DNA of 64,000 nucleotides from Aplysia californica (Eukaryota): positions 829,936 to 893,935 of the forward strand of contig NW_004797392.1 of assembly GCF_000002075.1 (NCBI RefSeq), given 5' to 3'. Under the pieces are notes generated by a model. That model ran no database searches and was not told the origin of the DNA. It was given only the letters and a program-made list of their open reading frames with translations. This document shows positions 35,801 to 47,698 of the stretch, in pieces; the first letter of the stretch is position 1, and every line of letters starts with the position of its first letter. A program made the position numbers and the translations under genes.

Positions 35801-38800
35801 TAGTGGTTCATTGTCGGTGATTTACACATGAATGAAATGTTGTTTTCCATGGTATCATGTGTCCTCATCAAACTGGTGAAGTGTGTTTTCTATCATAGCC
35901 CTCCCAATGTCTGCTGGTGCCATGGCTGCAGCTCAGATGTTAGTAAGATCAGGTAAGTCTTTCAGATATTCACAATAGTTTGAACCTGTTCACTAACTTG
36001 TACGAGTCAAATCGCATGTCTTGTAGCTGAGCTTTGCACTGCTCTTGGGACATTATTTAGGTACCAAAAACTAAATTTTCAAAGTAGCTATATGCCAAAT
36101 GTATCAGTTCCATTTGAAATTCCTCTATATCTCCTGAGAATTTTGATACCGTTCTTTAACCTCTCTGTCAATTTTTTAAAAAATGGTAGCTGTTTTAAAT
36201 ATGATCAAATTTTCTTCAGTTGCTGTCTCGCTGCAACCCCATGTTTGACAGATAATAAAAGAGTACCAAGTGCACCAAACATCTGCACACCAACGAAGTA
36301 CAATCATTATAACATAGATAGGGAGCCTAATTTTTTTCAAGACTGTGAGATCATTACAAATCAGTATTTTATCGCTTCAAACACAATGGTCTGACATTCT
36401 TTCGACAAAAACTCCGAGCGTTGACCCGGCTGGCGCCCCACCGGGCCCCCGTGGCGAAGGCGTCGGCTTTATACAGTAGTGTACCGAGTGCTCCCCGCGT
36501 GGAGGTCACATGCTTTCCTAGTTTCGCGGAAGGAGTGATGCAAAATAATTCCAAGCCGATTACTTTATTCTAATAGAAAATGAACTGATCTTTCTGTTGG
36601 TACCTTTTTTGAGCCAGTATTTTACATATTTCGAGTAAAAAATGAAAACTGGTGGTATTTTTAAAGGCTTTCTATATAAACGCCAAAAATATATCACGGG
36701 AAAGCCCTTTTAAAGCTCTACAGTTCTCCGCCAATGAAAAGGCCGTATTTAATCATCAATCCTTCCGCAAAGCATTTAAATGCATGCATGATAATTTTTT
36801 AACTGGCCGACCATGCATTCCGTCCGCGAGGGGCTTCGCTTTCCACAACGATTCTCCAGCTCCTAATAATCGGACATATAAGCAACGTACACCATTGTAA
36901 CGAGGAAAGGCTGAACTTTTACAAGGTGTTCAGCATTTGATGTCTTATAGCGAAAGAGCGAAGAAACAGCGATCTGAATCACCACGAAACCACACGCTCA
37001 GAAGGCCGCGAGTGCCAGCGAGGCCGTGTTTACGCTACCTACATTATTATACTCAGTATAATTGTCCTGCCTCTACAGCATAAACAATAATTATTGAGAT
37101 GGTGTTTACTTCAGAGGAAAAAGTTCACTCCAGTTTTCTTTTCTGTCGGTGGTCTAATATGATAGTAATGATAATAATCACGAAGACTGAAGAATATTTA
37201 TGTAATAATTTCTATGTTTATAAAGATTAATTGGTGTCAAGACAAAGGTGTATAGGTTTGACCTAAATTTGAACTGATTTTCTAGGGATTAAAAAAATGT
37301 TGACTTCATAATGGAAATTCATGTCGATTTTACTTATCATATTTACTTCAAAATATTGTGCATCACATTATTCATGATTCTTATTTTTTTTAGGACGATG
37401 GCAGCCTCATCCAACACTGGGATCTTTTCCAAAGACTGCTGGTCAGTAATGGTCATTTGGGATGTTTGTTTACACAATGAGATACTTCTGTCAATCCAAG
37501 AATGGAGATACCTGCCAAAAATTGACACTGGGATGAGATTTGTAGATTTTCTATTGATGCCATTTTCTTCAAGAATTTAAAAAAAATTTAAAAATTCAGA
37601 CTTATAAATTGTTCAAACTCTGCCCATAGTTTTGATGCATCTATTTCCAGAGGACTAAAATCTGAGAAGTAATTCATTTTGTCAGCACACCTCTCATTTG
37701 TTCAGCTTTCCTCTTGATTCAGCCACTAATTTTATTTTTAATCAACACATGCATTTGTAGTAATAGATGTCCTCAGTTGTGATTATCTGGGGAGAAGCTT
37801 CAGGTTAGACAAAAGACATTTTATGCCCCCTTAACTCTCTGTCTTTATAATGTGTCATCATTTCATTCACTCCATACATTATATTTTGAGTCTTGATTGA
37901 AGAGGAGAGGCCATGAGGGTATTTAAGTTTCTTTTATTATTCTTTTGTATTTGTTAATGTCATTTAAACATTCAGACCAAATTGCTTGTCAGACATGTGT
38001 TTTAATTATGGAAGTGTGTAATGTGAAATTTAAAAAAAAAGTGTCTTAGCTCCAGAAACAAATGAGTGAGATCATGTTATCACTTTTAGCACATTGTTTT
38101 GCCTTTGACCTGGCATGACTCATCAGCCCTTGATAGCTTCCCGGCTTGAAATCATCGGGGTCAACTGGTTCGGAAAAGGGACAAGTTCACTGGTGGTGGT
38201 TATAAAGTTTCCATTTTTACCAGTATTTGAAACAATATGATTTCCTGCCCATCTCATGCAGAAAAGTGAATTGTAATGGACAATTCTTGTTTTGTTTTTT
38301 CTGTTTTCAGTCCTTGGGGCCATCGGGTACTTGGTGGGCAAGATCATGTACCTGCCTGTTTGCCAGCAAAAAATTCTGGACAGAATTCCGAACTCCAATC
38401 TTGGAGTAGCTGTGAGAAAAGCTAAAGGCATTCCTGATCCTGCTGCCCAGTACGTATGGACCTTAACTGTTTAATGGAATGATTTAGTGTGGTGCAGAGT
38501 GTTGAAAAAAGTGTTTCAGACCCTCCCCAGTCAAATCAATGCCATTTGAAGGTGTACTATGTGAAATCATGGAAAAACAGTCATGGGTCTTCTGTGGTCT
38601 AACAGTATAAATTTCTCCTTCATTCTGTTCAAATTTTGGCAGTCATATATTCTCACTATGTAGTGATGGACTATGATGTCTTCAGGGTTGGCATCATGCC
38701 CACAGGGAATACCAAGGAGAAGAGTGTCTGCTGTGCACCATTCCTCCAGGGACTGACATGCCTACAAAATGTGGCCTGGAGTTTGTAGCCCAGAACAGCC

Positions 38801-41800
38801 CGACCGGGAATTCAATCCGCAGGATCTCGATTGCAATCTCAATTTGATTCACTTTCCATTAATTCCGAGAGTTTTATGTCAAACTCTTTCCAAGACACAA
38901 AATGACTTTGTTTCCTGACATAATACATGACTTTCATGCTGAAGCTAGACATGTGTCATGTGAGTGCACAGGAAAGGCTAGAAACAAAAATCTATGTTTT
39001 ACTATGTTTCAAGTAGTGTTTGGTGTTCTTAGACTGATCTAGACATTGTATCATCTATGAAAGAAATTACTTTGATATTTTAACAGAAAGTGCAACCAAA
39101 TAAGTAATAGTCCGTGCATGCTAATAATTATCATTGAGTGGATTCACTTTTTAATAGTCTGTGCCTGGTAAATTAAAAAGTTCTTGATTGCCGCCATTTG
39201 TAAATACAGTGGAACCTGCTCTAACTATCACCCATACACATTATCACTTCCCAATTCCCCCCTTGTGTTTTTTCTGTGTTACAATGACACTATCCTAGTG
39301 AACCACTTGTCTAAGATGACCACTTTTCTCAACAATGGGTAGTCATCTTGGATGAGTTCGACTGTCTATCAATGCTGTTGTGCAAAGTTGACAAAATACC
39401 TTTAGAGTTACCGAATGGCAGTTGTTGGTTTTAAAATAAATAGATTTCACTTGATCATCGTGTTTCTGTCAAAGTTTGATTCAAGTGCTTTCTCGTCTTG
39501 AATTTTTTTTTTTCGAGTAGAGAGTCAGAGTGGGAGCCTCCAGCATCGCCCCCAAAGCTGCGTGATGAGTACAAGAGTTTCGATTCTAACCCTCCGTCCA
39601 GTAGTTCTCAACCGGAGGGCTTGGATGACAGGTTCCGGCCTTCAATGGATAGGGAAGGTGAAAGAAATAGAAAGAGACAATTTTCTCCTTTTAACTTGAG
39701 TCGTTCACTTATGTTGTCTTATGAGTTATGTGTTGCGACGTGGTGGAATCAGGCGCTCGTCAATTTTTGGGCATACAGATTTTTAAATTTTATCTTAAGG
39801 CTTGTTCATTTAATTTGTCTTGATTTTGCTGAAAAGAATATTCATCTATCTTGAATAGGATTAGAGTTATTTTGGGATTAAAGTGGGTGGGGGGGGGGGG
39901 GGGGGGGGGGCTTGCCTTGGGTCAAAGGAAAAATTAACAAGAAAATAGCTGCCAAAATTTGGTGACTTTCAAAGCTTAAGAGTCCTTGGAAACTGAAAAT
40001 TTACACTGTTTTTGCCTTCGTTCAAAGCTGTTTTTTCATGTAAATAAAATCCCCACAGAAATGTGTCTTTAAATGGACATTAAAGGTGTTGAGCCCCAAA
40101 CAAAATTCGGCAAACAACAGAAAAATGGAGGCTTCTTCAGTTTCATGATTTTGATGAGTGCCAGATTTCCCCACAATGTCAGACGTATTTGTTTTGTTTC
40201 ACAAGTCCTCGGAGAATTTCTAATGGCCATTTTTTATTCTTACACAAATACATTGTCACTTGCCCCACACTTGAGATGAATGGGGGGAACACATTTCCCC
40301 TGAATGGGATAACATGCTTCTTCTGAATGGGGTAATATGCTGTGCTCCTGAATGGGGTAATGTGCTTCGTCTGAATGGAATAACAAGCTTCTCCTAGTAG
40401 GGATGAAATACTCCTCCTAATTGGAATAATAGGCTTCCTCTGAATGGGGTAATATGTTGTGCTCCTGAATGGGGTAATGTGCTTCTTTTGAATGGGATAA
40501 CATGCTTCCCATGGACGGGATAACCACCTTCTTCTAGCTGGGATAACATACTTCTCTTGAATGGGATAACATGTTTCTCTGGACTTCAGTTCAAGTCAGG
40601 TCATTTCTTACCTTCTCTTTTGCATAGCCTTGACTGTTGTGGCCTGTCTGGGTTTTTTCAGGGGGGGGGGGTTGTTTTTGAGAATGGTACTATTGCTTTC
40701 AATTTTGAGGGTAGGATTTGAGGCTGTCTTTGCAGAAGTTGTAGGTCCTGTTGATACATCGTGTGACTCTATGTTATTTATCAGCAACAAGAGCTATGTT
40801 TGTTTTGTTTTGAAACTATGTGATTTCTTTTCTTTTTTTTTAGTCAAAGAACGAGAGCAGCAGGAAGAGAAAAAGTCCATCACATACGATGACTTGCGGC
40901 GACGCAACAGGCAGGAGTATGAAGACAACATGAATAAGAGGTACACCAAGACGCCGGGGACCCCGTCCTACAAGGACAGTCCTCTCATGCCCCAGAAGCC
41001 CTGGCCTGACTCGGATCACCCAAGGAGGACAGACCCTGATGATTTTTCAGAGCCACAGCAAGCTCCTAGCCCACCTCAAGCTCCAGCCAGAAGTAAGTAA
41101 ATGGTTATATTTTACAGCAATGAAATGTGACCCATAGGAAATACTGGCACCCAAGGGAAGAAAGAGAGGGTGGGGATTCTTTTTTTTAAAAATGTTAGTC
41201 GGTATCTGTGTGTGTGTTTGGGAGTGATGTGTTTTGTATTGAGTGGAAATGAGAACCGGTGGCTTAAGGCTTCTGAGGGAATTTTTAATCACAATGATTT
41301 AAGGCTATGAACTAGAACCAGTTGCAATGCTGCTTAAGTAAAGGGGCCAGCTTTTATAAATAAGATAATCTTGTGACCCTTGTGAAGGGAATGAGTATTT
41401 CAACCAGTCAAAAAAGTTCTCTCCGTTGACCCACCTAGCTGACGTCTTGTTCGTGCATTTAAAAAAACATGTGTCAGTGTGTACTTTACTTACTTTTACT
41501 TTTTCATCCTCTGTTGCCATTAAACGTTGAGGGGAGATGCAGTTTTCTATGGTAGGCCTGCTCCTCAGTTCTTTCAGTTGTGATGTTATGTTTTCTTAGG
41601 GTTTCCTCGACACCCTCGATCCACCTTTTGTGTTTGCAGTGTAAATTTCGTGGTCTGTTAGTCCCCCCCCCCCCCCAATCACCCCCACCACTCCCTTCAT
41701 CTTGACCCCACTTTCCGCCCATTTCCTTTGCTTTCATTAAAACTGTCTGCATGTTATTAGTTTCAAATCTTACCTCTTCTTGTGGCTGCCTCTATCAAGG

Positions 41801-41965
41801 AGTTGATGCTCTTGAAAGTAGGCATTGCCATTTTAAATAGGTGGAGTAGAGTGTGAGAATACCTACCATTGTTACAGTGCAATGATTTTTTAAATTATCA
41901 TGCATCAATTTTTTTCTTCTTCAGAAAAACGCACCAACATCTGGGGTGATCCAATTGACGACTAA
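29752..41965 (+). CDS. OCIAD1: OCIA domain-containing protein 1 (asrij homolog), 282 aa, spliced gene
   Basis: Exons 29752-29862, 34025-34094, 35899-35952, 37394-37441, 38311-38449, 39521-39657, 40844-41092, 41925-41965(TAA); 849 nt, all phases consistent. OCIA domain: LTDEEKDVMRECERESFYLRALPM...HPTLGSFPK...GYLVGKIMYLPVCQQKILDRIPNSNLG. Conserved ITYDDLRRRNR motif and terminal NIWGD. Confidence 0.93.
29912..29974. repeat. Palindromic (TCTAGA)n array; further arrays at 28335-28370 and 30378-30393
   Basis: tagatctagatctagatctagattatctagattatctagatctaga... Confidence 0.95.
30174..30699. mobile_element. MITE with long (about 85 bp) imperfect TIRs in OCIAD1 intron 1; right end repeated at about 31910-31996
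   Basis: ctatttctccgaatgctcgggaaaata...attttttggatatttg versus caaataaccaaaaaat...gggttcggagaaatag. Confidence 0.7.
30793..30892. other. Assembly gap (100 N); other gaps at 5177-5349, 6277-6599, 12464-12563, 29077-29311, 54129-54352
   Basis: N runs, several bordered by simple-repeat sequence. Confidence 0.95.
30962..31746. mobile_element. 785-bp non-autonomous DNA transposon with 9-bp TSD (Mutator-like)
   Basis: TSD tttcaaatt at 30953-30961 and 31747-31755; GG...CC ends; palindromic TIR ctattctcacccgggatgagaatag. Confidence 0.8.
32111..32700. mobile_element. Possible non-autonomous DNA transposon (CTA right terminus, Academ-like)
   Basis: CpG-rich, with an imperfect inverted agtgact..cgttcacg motif near both ends; ends in gggcccta then (TA)n. 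Confidence 0.3.
33487..33845 (-). mobile_element. Full-length tRNA-derived SINE (family A) with L2-type 3' tail and (TTA)n end
   Basis: Reverse-complement homology to 63832-64000; 3' end tgtgaagcgcatagag...gcgctatacaaatgc(tat)n. Confidence 0.85.
34025..34094 (+). CDS. OCIAD1: OCIAD1 exon PMQLTDEEKDVMRECERESFYLR
   Basis: CAG/GTATGA; OCIA domain start. Confidence 0.92.
34169..35070. mobile_element. Non-autonomous Tc1/pogo(Tigger)-like element with TA TSD
   Basis: ta-cagtcgaacctgtgtaagacgg ... ccgttaaggcacgttcgactg-ta; subterminal repeats ccgtcttagaca. Confidence 0.8.
35899..35952 (+). CDS. OCIAD1: OCIAD1 exon ALPMSAGAMAAAQMLVRS
   Basis: TAG/GTAAGT. Confidence 0.9.
37394..37441 (+). CDS. OCIAD1: OCIAD1 exon GRWQPHPTLGSFPKTA
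   Basis: TAG/GTCAGT; HPxxGxxPK motif. Confidence 0.88.
37465..37697. mobile_element. MITE family S copy (opposite orientation)
   Basis: Homologous to 18131-18362. Confidence 0.7.
38311..38449 (+). CDS. OCIAD1: OCIAD1 exon VLGAIGYLVGKIMYLPVCQQKILDRIPNSNLGVAVRKAKGIPDPAAQ
   Basis: CAG/GTACGT. Confidence 0.92.
39205..39366. mobile_element. Tigger-like MITE; related fragments at about 15140-15335 and 62640-62817
   Basis: tacagtggaacc ... gagttcgactgt; shared accac.tgtctaagatgaccactttt block. Confidence 0.65.
39521..39657 (+). CDS. OCIAD1: OCIAD1 exon ESEWEPPASPPKLRDEYKSFDSNPPSSSSQPEGLDDRFRPSMDRE
   Basis: TAG/GTGAAA; GLDD..RP motif. Confidence 0.88.
40276..40580. repeat. Minisatellite, about 23-25-bp unit
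   Basis: ctgaatggg(g/a)taa(t/c)atgcttct degenerate units, roughly a dozen copies. Confidence 0.85.
40844..41092 (+). CDS. OCIAD1: OCIAD1 exon VKEREQQEEKKSITYDDLRRRNRQEYE...PQAPAR
   Basis: TAG/GTAAGT; YDxLRxxNR motif. Confidence 0.92.
41925..41965 (+). CDS. OCIAD1: OCIAD1 last coding exon KKRTNIWGDPIDD*
   Basis: CAG acceptor; NxW/YGD C-terminal motif; TAA stop. Confidence 0.9.
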
Positions 41966-42949
41966 TTCCGTGAATGGATGAGGATGTTGTCCGTGCGAGC
42001 TTGTTCTTTACATCATGTAAACTATGCAGTACAGAGGACAAGATGGGAATTGGCTGAGTGGCATAGTTTCACAAATATGATAACAAATTTTATGTGCTTT
42101 TACATGTACGTCCTCTGAATGTGTGTTTGTTGAGAGTATTTGAATGAAAGTTTTATAAACAGAGCTGAGCTTGATGAATTGTGTGTTAGGTTCATATGAG
42201 TTCAATTTTTGTTAGAAACTATGGTTGTTTTTATGTGTGTCATCGATGTTAACATGTATCGCGAAGAAGCCATCACTGGAGGGTGAAATAAACTTTGGAC
42301 TGGTGACCTGTGCGTGTGCTTTATTTCTACTTGTTGACTGATTATCTGTTAAAGCACATCATTTGTCCTATCAGCGGGATGATCGATTTTGGTTGTAGAG
42401 TGATGATTTTTGCGGTAGCGTCTTGTGAGCTCTGCACACTTTCAAACTTCTCTGATCCTTCCTGTAGTTTGATGCTGATAAGATCTTATTCTTTGAAGGG
42501 AGGTTGAGTTGCTAAATAGCAGAAAGGTCTTCATGTTAAAAGAAGGAGGGAGTTATGGTTTGGAGAGACTGCTATACCTGAAGAATCAACCTCATAGGCA
42601 GTTTGCCCACCTTTGCCTGTTTTAGTCTTGGGTAGAAGTATTTCATGACCAGATTGGTATCGTGTGAAATCAGTCGTTTTCACAATCTTTCAATTTCAAT
42701 TTATCATGTATCCTTGTGTTTTGTCACAAAATTCGATTTGCCTTTGATTGAAGTATTATCATGCAAAGAAAGTTATTCCCATTTGTAAAAACTGTTGGAA
42801 GACAGGGCTGTCCATGTTATATTGTTGCTGAGTTAGAGACATAAATATGTTTATCTTCAGTAGAAAACATACATAGAGTTCACTTTTACATATAATCTCA
42901 AACATAACCCGTCACAAAGAACATTTATGAAGACTTTTCATGGACATAA

Positions 42950-43729
42950 TATATCGTCGCCTCATAACTATTTTTGTCCAAAGTGCCCTCTTTACTTAAC
43001 TGATTCCGTCCATTTGGCCGCTGACAGCAGCTCTGAATTTTTCCACTGCATCCATTCAACCGCTGTGAGTGGCTCAACGAAATCCGAAACAAAGGTGCAC
43101 TTTTTAACATAGTTCCTACCTTTTAAGTTGTCGAAAGGAAGTAGAACTTGTAAACAAACCTGACCTCAATCTCTGAGCGCCAGTATCGATGGAAACTCTG
43201 CGAAATTCTTGCAAAAATCGTTGTTTTATTGTTGCGATGTAGGCTAGATCTAAGGGTAAATTACATGGAGCCTGGTATAAGAAAAAGGCCCTTCAAAGAA
43301 AGATATTCAACTTAATTTGCGAAATTCTTGCATAAATGTGTGCTAGAGTGATATCGCTACAATTTTGTGTTGATTCCTATGGATTATAAGGACTTGTAGA
43401 GCTGAGAAAATGCGGTGAGTCGAAATTTTCGAAGAGGTGTTGCGCATTTTTTTTTTCATCATTCGTTTTTGTCTGACGGAAAATACAATACAAACAGATT
43501 ATAGGTCATTGTTATTGATATATAAACAGATTCCTCTATTTATTCCCATCACTTTGGTATATGACAATACCTATTCGAGTAACTTAGAGCTTCACAGTAA
43601 TGCATTAAATAGATGCACCCCAGGTCTAGAACTGAACAAGGAAAAGTAATTCTCTCCAGAGGCTGAAAAAATCATGGATGGAATCAGTTGAGTACACTTT
43701 GGACAAAATAGTTCTGAGGTGAAGATATG
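42950..43729. mobile_element. About 780-bp MITE downstream of the OCIAD1 stop codon
   Basis: TIR atatcgtcgcctcataactatttttgtccaaagtg ... cactttggacaaaatagttctgaggtgaagatat. Confidence 0.75.
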
Positions 43730-44219
43730 GCTACAGTCAGGATCTCTCTCAAGATTGTTTTCCTTTCTTCACGGTATAGATCTAAAGTCTTTCAGTATTA
43801 GTATTACTAGGGCTCAATTTATGGACCATTTATTTGACTGATAGTTTTTTTAAAACTGTCTCAGTTGTCATATGTTCTGTTGCAAACTTTTTGCATGAAT
43901 TTCATTTTTGTGAATTGACTTTTGAAGGGTATCGTTATGGCAAAATGTACTATATTCAATTTTCTTCACAGAGAAAAATAAGAAAATCTACTTGCTGGGT
44001 TGAACCATGACACTATAGGAGATGATTGAGAACACCAAGAGAAATGTACTGACAAAACATTTGAATCAAGTATTTGATATTATGAAGTCCATAGTAAGGC
44101 TATAAAAGAGCGGAAATATGGAATGGTATAGGTTTAAATCCCCTATCGACACTATTAGGTTATTATGAGGTAGAACCTTGTAACTCCCAGTTTAACACAT
44201 CCTTCTCAGAAAGGTTCTT

Positions 44220-44355
44220 ACCGAATAGGAAATTCATTGTGTAAAGTACCTTTCCTATGGACACAATGTTGGACCGAGCCGAGGCTTGAACCCCCGAATT
44301 GGCAATCTTAGGATTACGGGTCCCGTAGCTTAACCACAAGGCTACCGATGCCGCA
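44220..44355 (-). mobile_element. Degenerate tRNA-SINE (family A-related) head
   Basis: gaaattcattgtgtaaagtacctttcc..ggacacaatg..gctaccgatgcc; similar fragment at 53158-53250. Confidence 0.6.
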
Positions 44356-47318
44356 AAAGAGAGGAATAACTCAGTTTCTAAGAACTTGGTGCATAGTGTG
44401 TTTTGACATGAAACCCTTTCATTTGGTCAAGAAAGTGATATGATCTTAGAAGTCATGTTATATATATATACCTGTGCACGAAATTTGGTGCTCTAGTAGA
44501 AATAATTATTTTGCTTTTACTTAGATTAATTTTTTTTTCCAATGGAATGAAGCCAGTTTATTTATACCTTTAAAAAAGTAGAGTCACCATCACAGGATTA
44601 GTTTCTCCCAACAAAAAATGTATTTGTTTAAAAATCTCAAACATATATAGTAATGTGTTGTCACTGTCAAATAACTGTGGTCATCCAAAAAATAAGAAAA
44701 AGGAAGTATAAGTGGTTGATGAATTTTGACTTGAAGAACTAGAAAAGAAGCAAGCAGAACTAGTGTTTTGAATTGAAAGATTGTTCTTATTTGGTCTACC
44801 TTTAGTCTTTCAATCATAAATTGTACAGTCAAGCATGTACATAGTGAACATGCTGATAGCAAGAAACACACTTAGTGAACAGATTTCCAAGTGCCGAAAT
44901 TTTTCTTGCATGTATTCTTTGCATTAAAAAATGTACACATTGCAAAATTTGTACACAATGAAAAGATTTCAGTTTTCAGTGTCCCTCCAATTTCACTATG
45001 TGTGTGCTAGACTGTACTTTTTAATCTTCCTTTCTGCCTAAACCTTTGTTGATATCAATATTTTGTCTTAGATAGTTTGGTTGCGTGATGAATGTTGATT
45101 GTTCTAATAAAATATCAAATGGCTACTTGAAAACCAAAGGCTTTTCTGATTCTTAGTATGAATTTATCTCTATGTATTTCCAAAAGATGATATTCGTATA
45201 CTTGATTTAATTTAATAATCATGAGGGAGTTCTGGACGTTATACACATAACAAACGTGATGAAAAGGATAGATATGAGAGTCATGTGCTGCAGCATACTC
45301 GGTAGTGCGTGGTGTTCAATTCAAATTGATGAGTTTTATCTAAATTTGTTTTCTTTTTGGGTGGATAAGAGGTTTGTGAGTTTGCAGTAGATTCGAATGG
45401 TTCCAAGTAATCCAAGATCAAATTTTGGCATAGAAATCTTTTGACAAAAGTTACAGAATTCTGAAAGTAGAGAAAAACTATTAGTTCAAAGTGTCTTTCC
45501 AATGAACAGGATGCCCTACCCAACACAGCCTGGAATTGAACTCGCCAGTCTTTTTTTATTATTTTTATTTCCCTCATCGGTCTTGTCACTTTGCTCTTTA
45601 TCCAGAGCATAGAGTGCAGTAAAATGTCTGTCTTGTATGAAAAAGACTAGCTTACCTTGTTGCACTGCCTCAGTTATTTCATCAATGAATAAGTGTGATT
45701 GTTTCAAGTAACTGACTTTTACAGAAAATATTTTACATGTATATATGCAAAGAGTATGAGCCAGTTTATTTTCAGTCTATACTGGCTATCAAAGTCAAAA
45801 GAAAGGTACCACTTTTTTATTGCATAAAAAATAGTCTTTTGAGTTTCTAATGCTTCTCCTTTCACATGAGTAATACTGAGTAGTCTAAAAAGTAGGTCAT
45901 AATATAAAAATAACATTTTGGTGCTTCAATTGGTGTTTACAACTCCAACGCAAAAACTTAGAAAATTGACATTTTTCCCCCAACCAAGTGGCAGATTTTT
46001 TTTTCTATTCTTTGAATAGTATTTAAGTTGAGATCTTTGTCTATAAAAAAACGCATTTGATCGTTGTAAGCAAAAGAAAGATGGAAGGTTTAATTCAAAA
46101 TCAGAGAAATGGAGCCATCGGCAGGCTCCTTAGGTTTTTGCTATTACCAGGACAGCCAACGTCAGTTTTTGTTGTTGTGTTGAAAGTCCTGCAGGCAACA
46201 GCATCTATCGTCCATATCTTCCCTTTTCCTTTTTGTGTTTGTTACTGTCTTGTAATACCTCTAATCTTCAGCACTTATATGGCCTTTTTGCATTGCGAGT
46301 GCTATAAAACTCTTACCAAAAAATTATTTTTTTTTAAGCCACAACCCTCCCTCACCCTCCCCAAAAAAGAATAACCCAAAGCAAAAAAAAACCCACCCCA
46401 AGTTGTGGGGATGGCCTAGTCTGGACCACAAACAAGAAGACAACACCTCTGCTGGGGCAAGTCTGAACTTTATTGTTTACCTTGAGACATTCAAAACATA
46501 ACAGAGTCAAACTGTCACTGCAGCATGTACCGTACTCCAAGTATAGCTTACCGGTGATGGAGCAGCCAAAAGTGTACAATGAAGAGAAGAAATACAAGCT
46601 CATTATAATAGCTGTAGGCTGACTTGAGCATAATAAAACTGAGTCTCCTCAACACTATGAGACATTCTTGTACATTATGCAATATAAATGTGTGACTGAC
46701 GACTATTCTTATATGGTATGGAACTACCCTAAGACCCTGGAGAATAAGAAAGTGCAAGATTGTATTACCTGTTGCTCTCTGTACAGTAATAACCAATAAT
46801 TAGCCGCTTTTAAGCACAAGGGGGCTATCCCGAAAAATGCTGTTTTGAGAAAATTGAAGATAAAGTTTTTGCCCCTTGTTCAGTTTCTTTAAAAGTCTAG
46901 AAGAGTTTTCTCTTTTACCAAACAAATAACTCACCAATGAAACCAAACTTCTCCCACAGGTAGAGCATGCTCATGAAATCTGGGTAAGCCCGCTTGTCCT
47001 TAAATGTAACCATTATTCAAACTCAAGCAACATGGTACTGCTTTTGTAGCCTACTTTTTAAAAACTCGCAGTGATAAAGTGGGGGATACAAGAGAAAGCG
47101 TTTCAATAGTTGAAATGAGACTGCTATCACAGTTTTTAACAGCGTGACGGATCCTGAGAAGTAGTGCATGTGATTTTTATTTTCTCCTTTACGTTTTAAA
47201 GTAGCCAATATTTAAGTGATAAACTTTTTCATAAGGAAAATTTGTAAAAAAAAGGCAGGAGCTACTGTAGAACATTTGCACGATTGACTGAACAACAGGC
47301 AGACAGCCAAAAATCCAG

Positions 47319-47505
47319 AGTGCAGCCTCTCTATAACAACATCATCGGAACCGGAAAAAATGTTATAGAGAGTTGTCGTTATAGAGAGGCAACCAAATAT
47401 ATTACTACTAAGGATCATAAGGGAAAAAAATCGGGACCTGGGCACCATGTCGCTATACAGAGGATGTCGTTATATCGAAGGTCGTTATAGAGAGGCTGCA
47501 CTGTA
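47319..47505. mobile_element. Tigger-like MITE
   Basis: agtgcagcctctctataac ... gttatagagaggctgcactgta. Confidence 0.75.
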
Positions 47506-47515
47506 CATGACACTA

Positions 47516-47698
47516 CAGCCTGTCCTTGTGGTTTTATGCACCCCGCATAATTTAGCAAAATTTGATCAGTTTTTGCATAATTTCTGATTATTTTCCTTTA
47601 TCATTCTTCGTTAAAATTAACAGAATCGCATAATTTCACATTTTTGGGCTCAGTTTGCATAATTTACGAATTTTTCTTGCATAAAACGACAGGGACAG
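47516..47698. mobile_element. MITE (hAT-like CAG terminus)
   Basis: cagcctgtccttgtggttttatgca ... tgcataaaacgacagggacag; internal gcataattt repeats. Confidence 0.6.

Noticed and set aside
39884-39910. Functional G-quadruplex elements (also 62097-62126, 5128-5148, 41663-41690)
   Set aside because: Simple poly-G/C tracts are common throughout this sequence and nothing indicates function.
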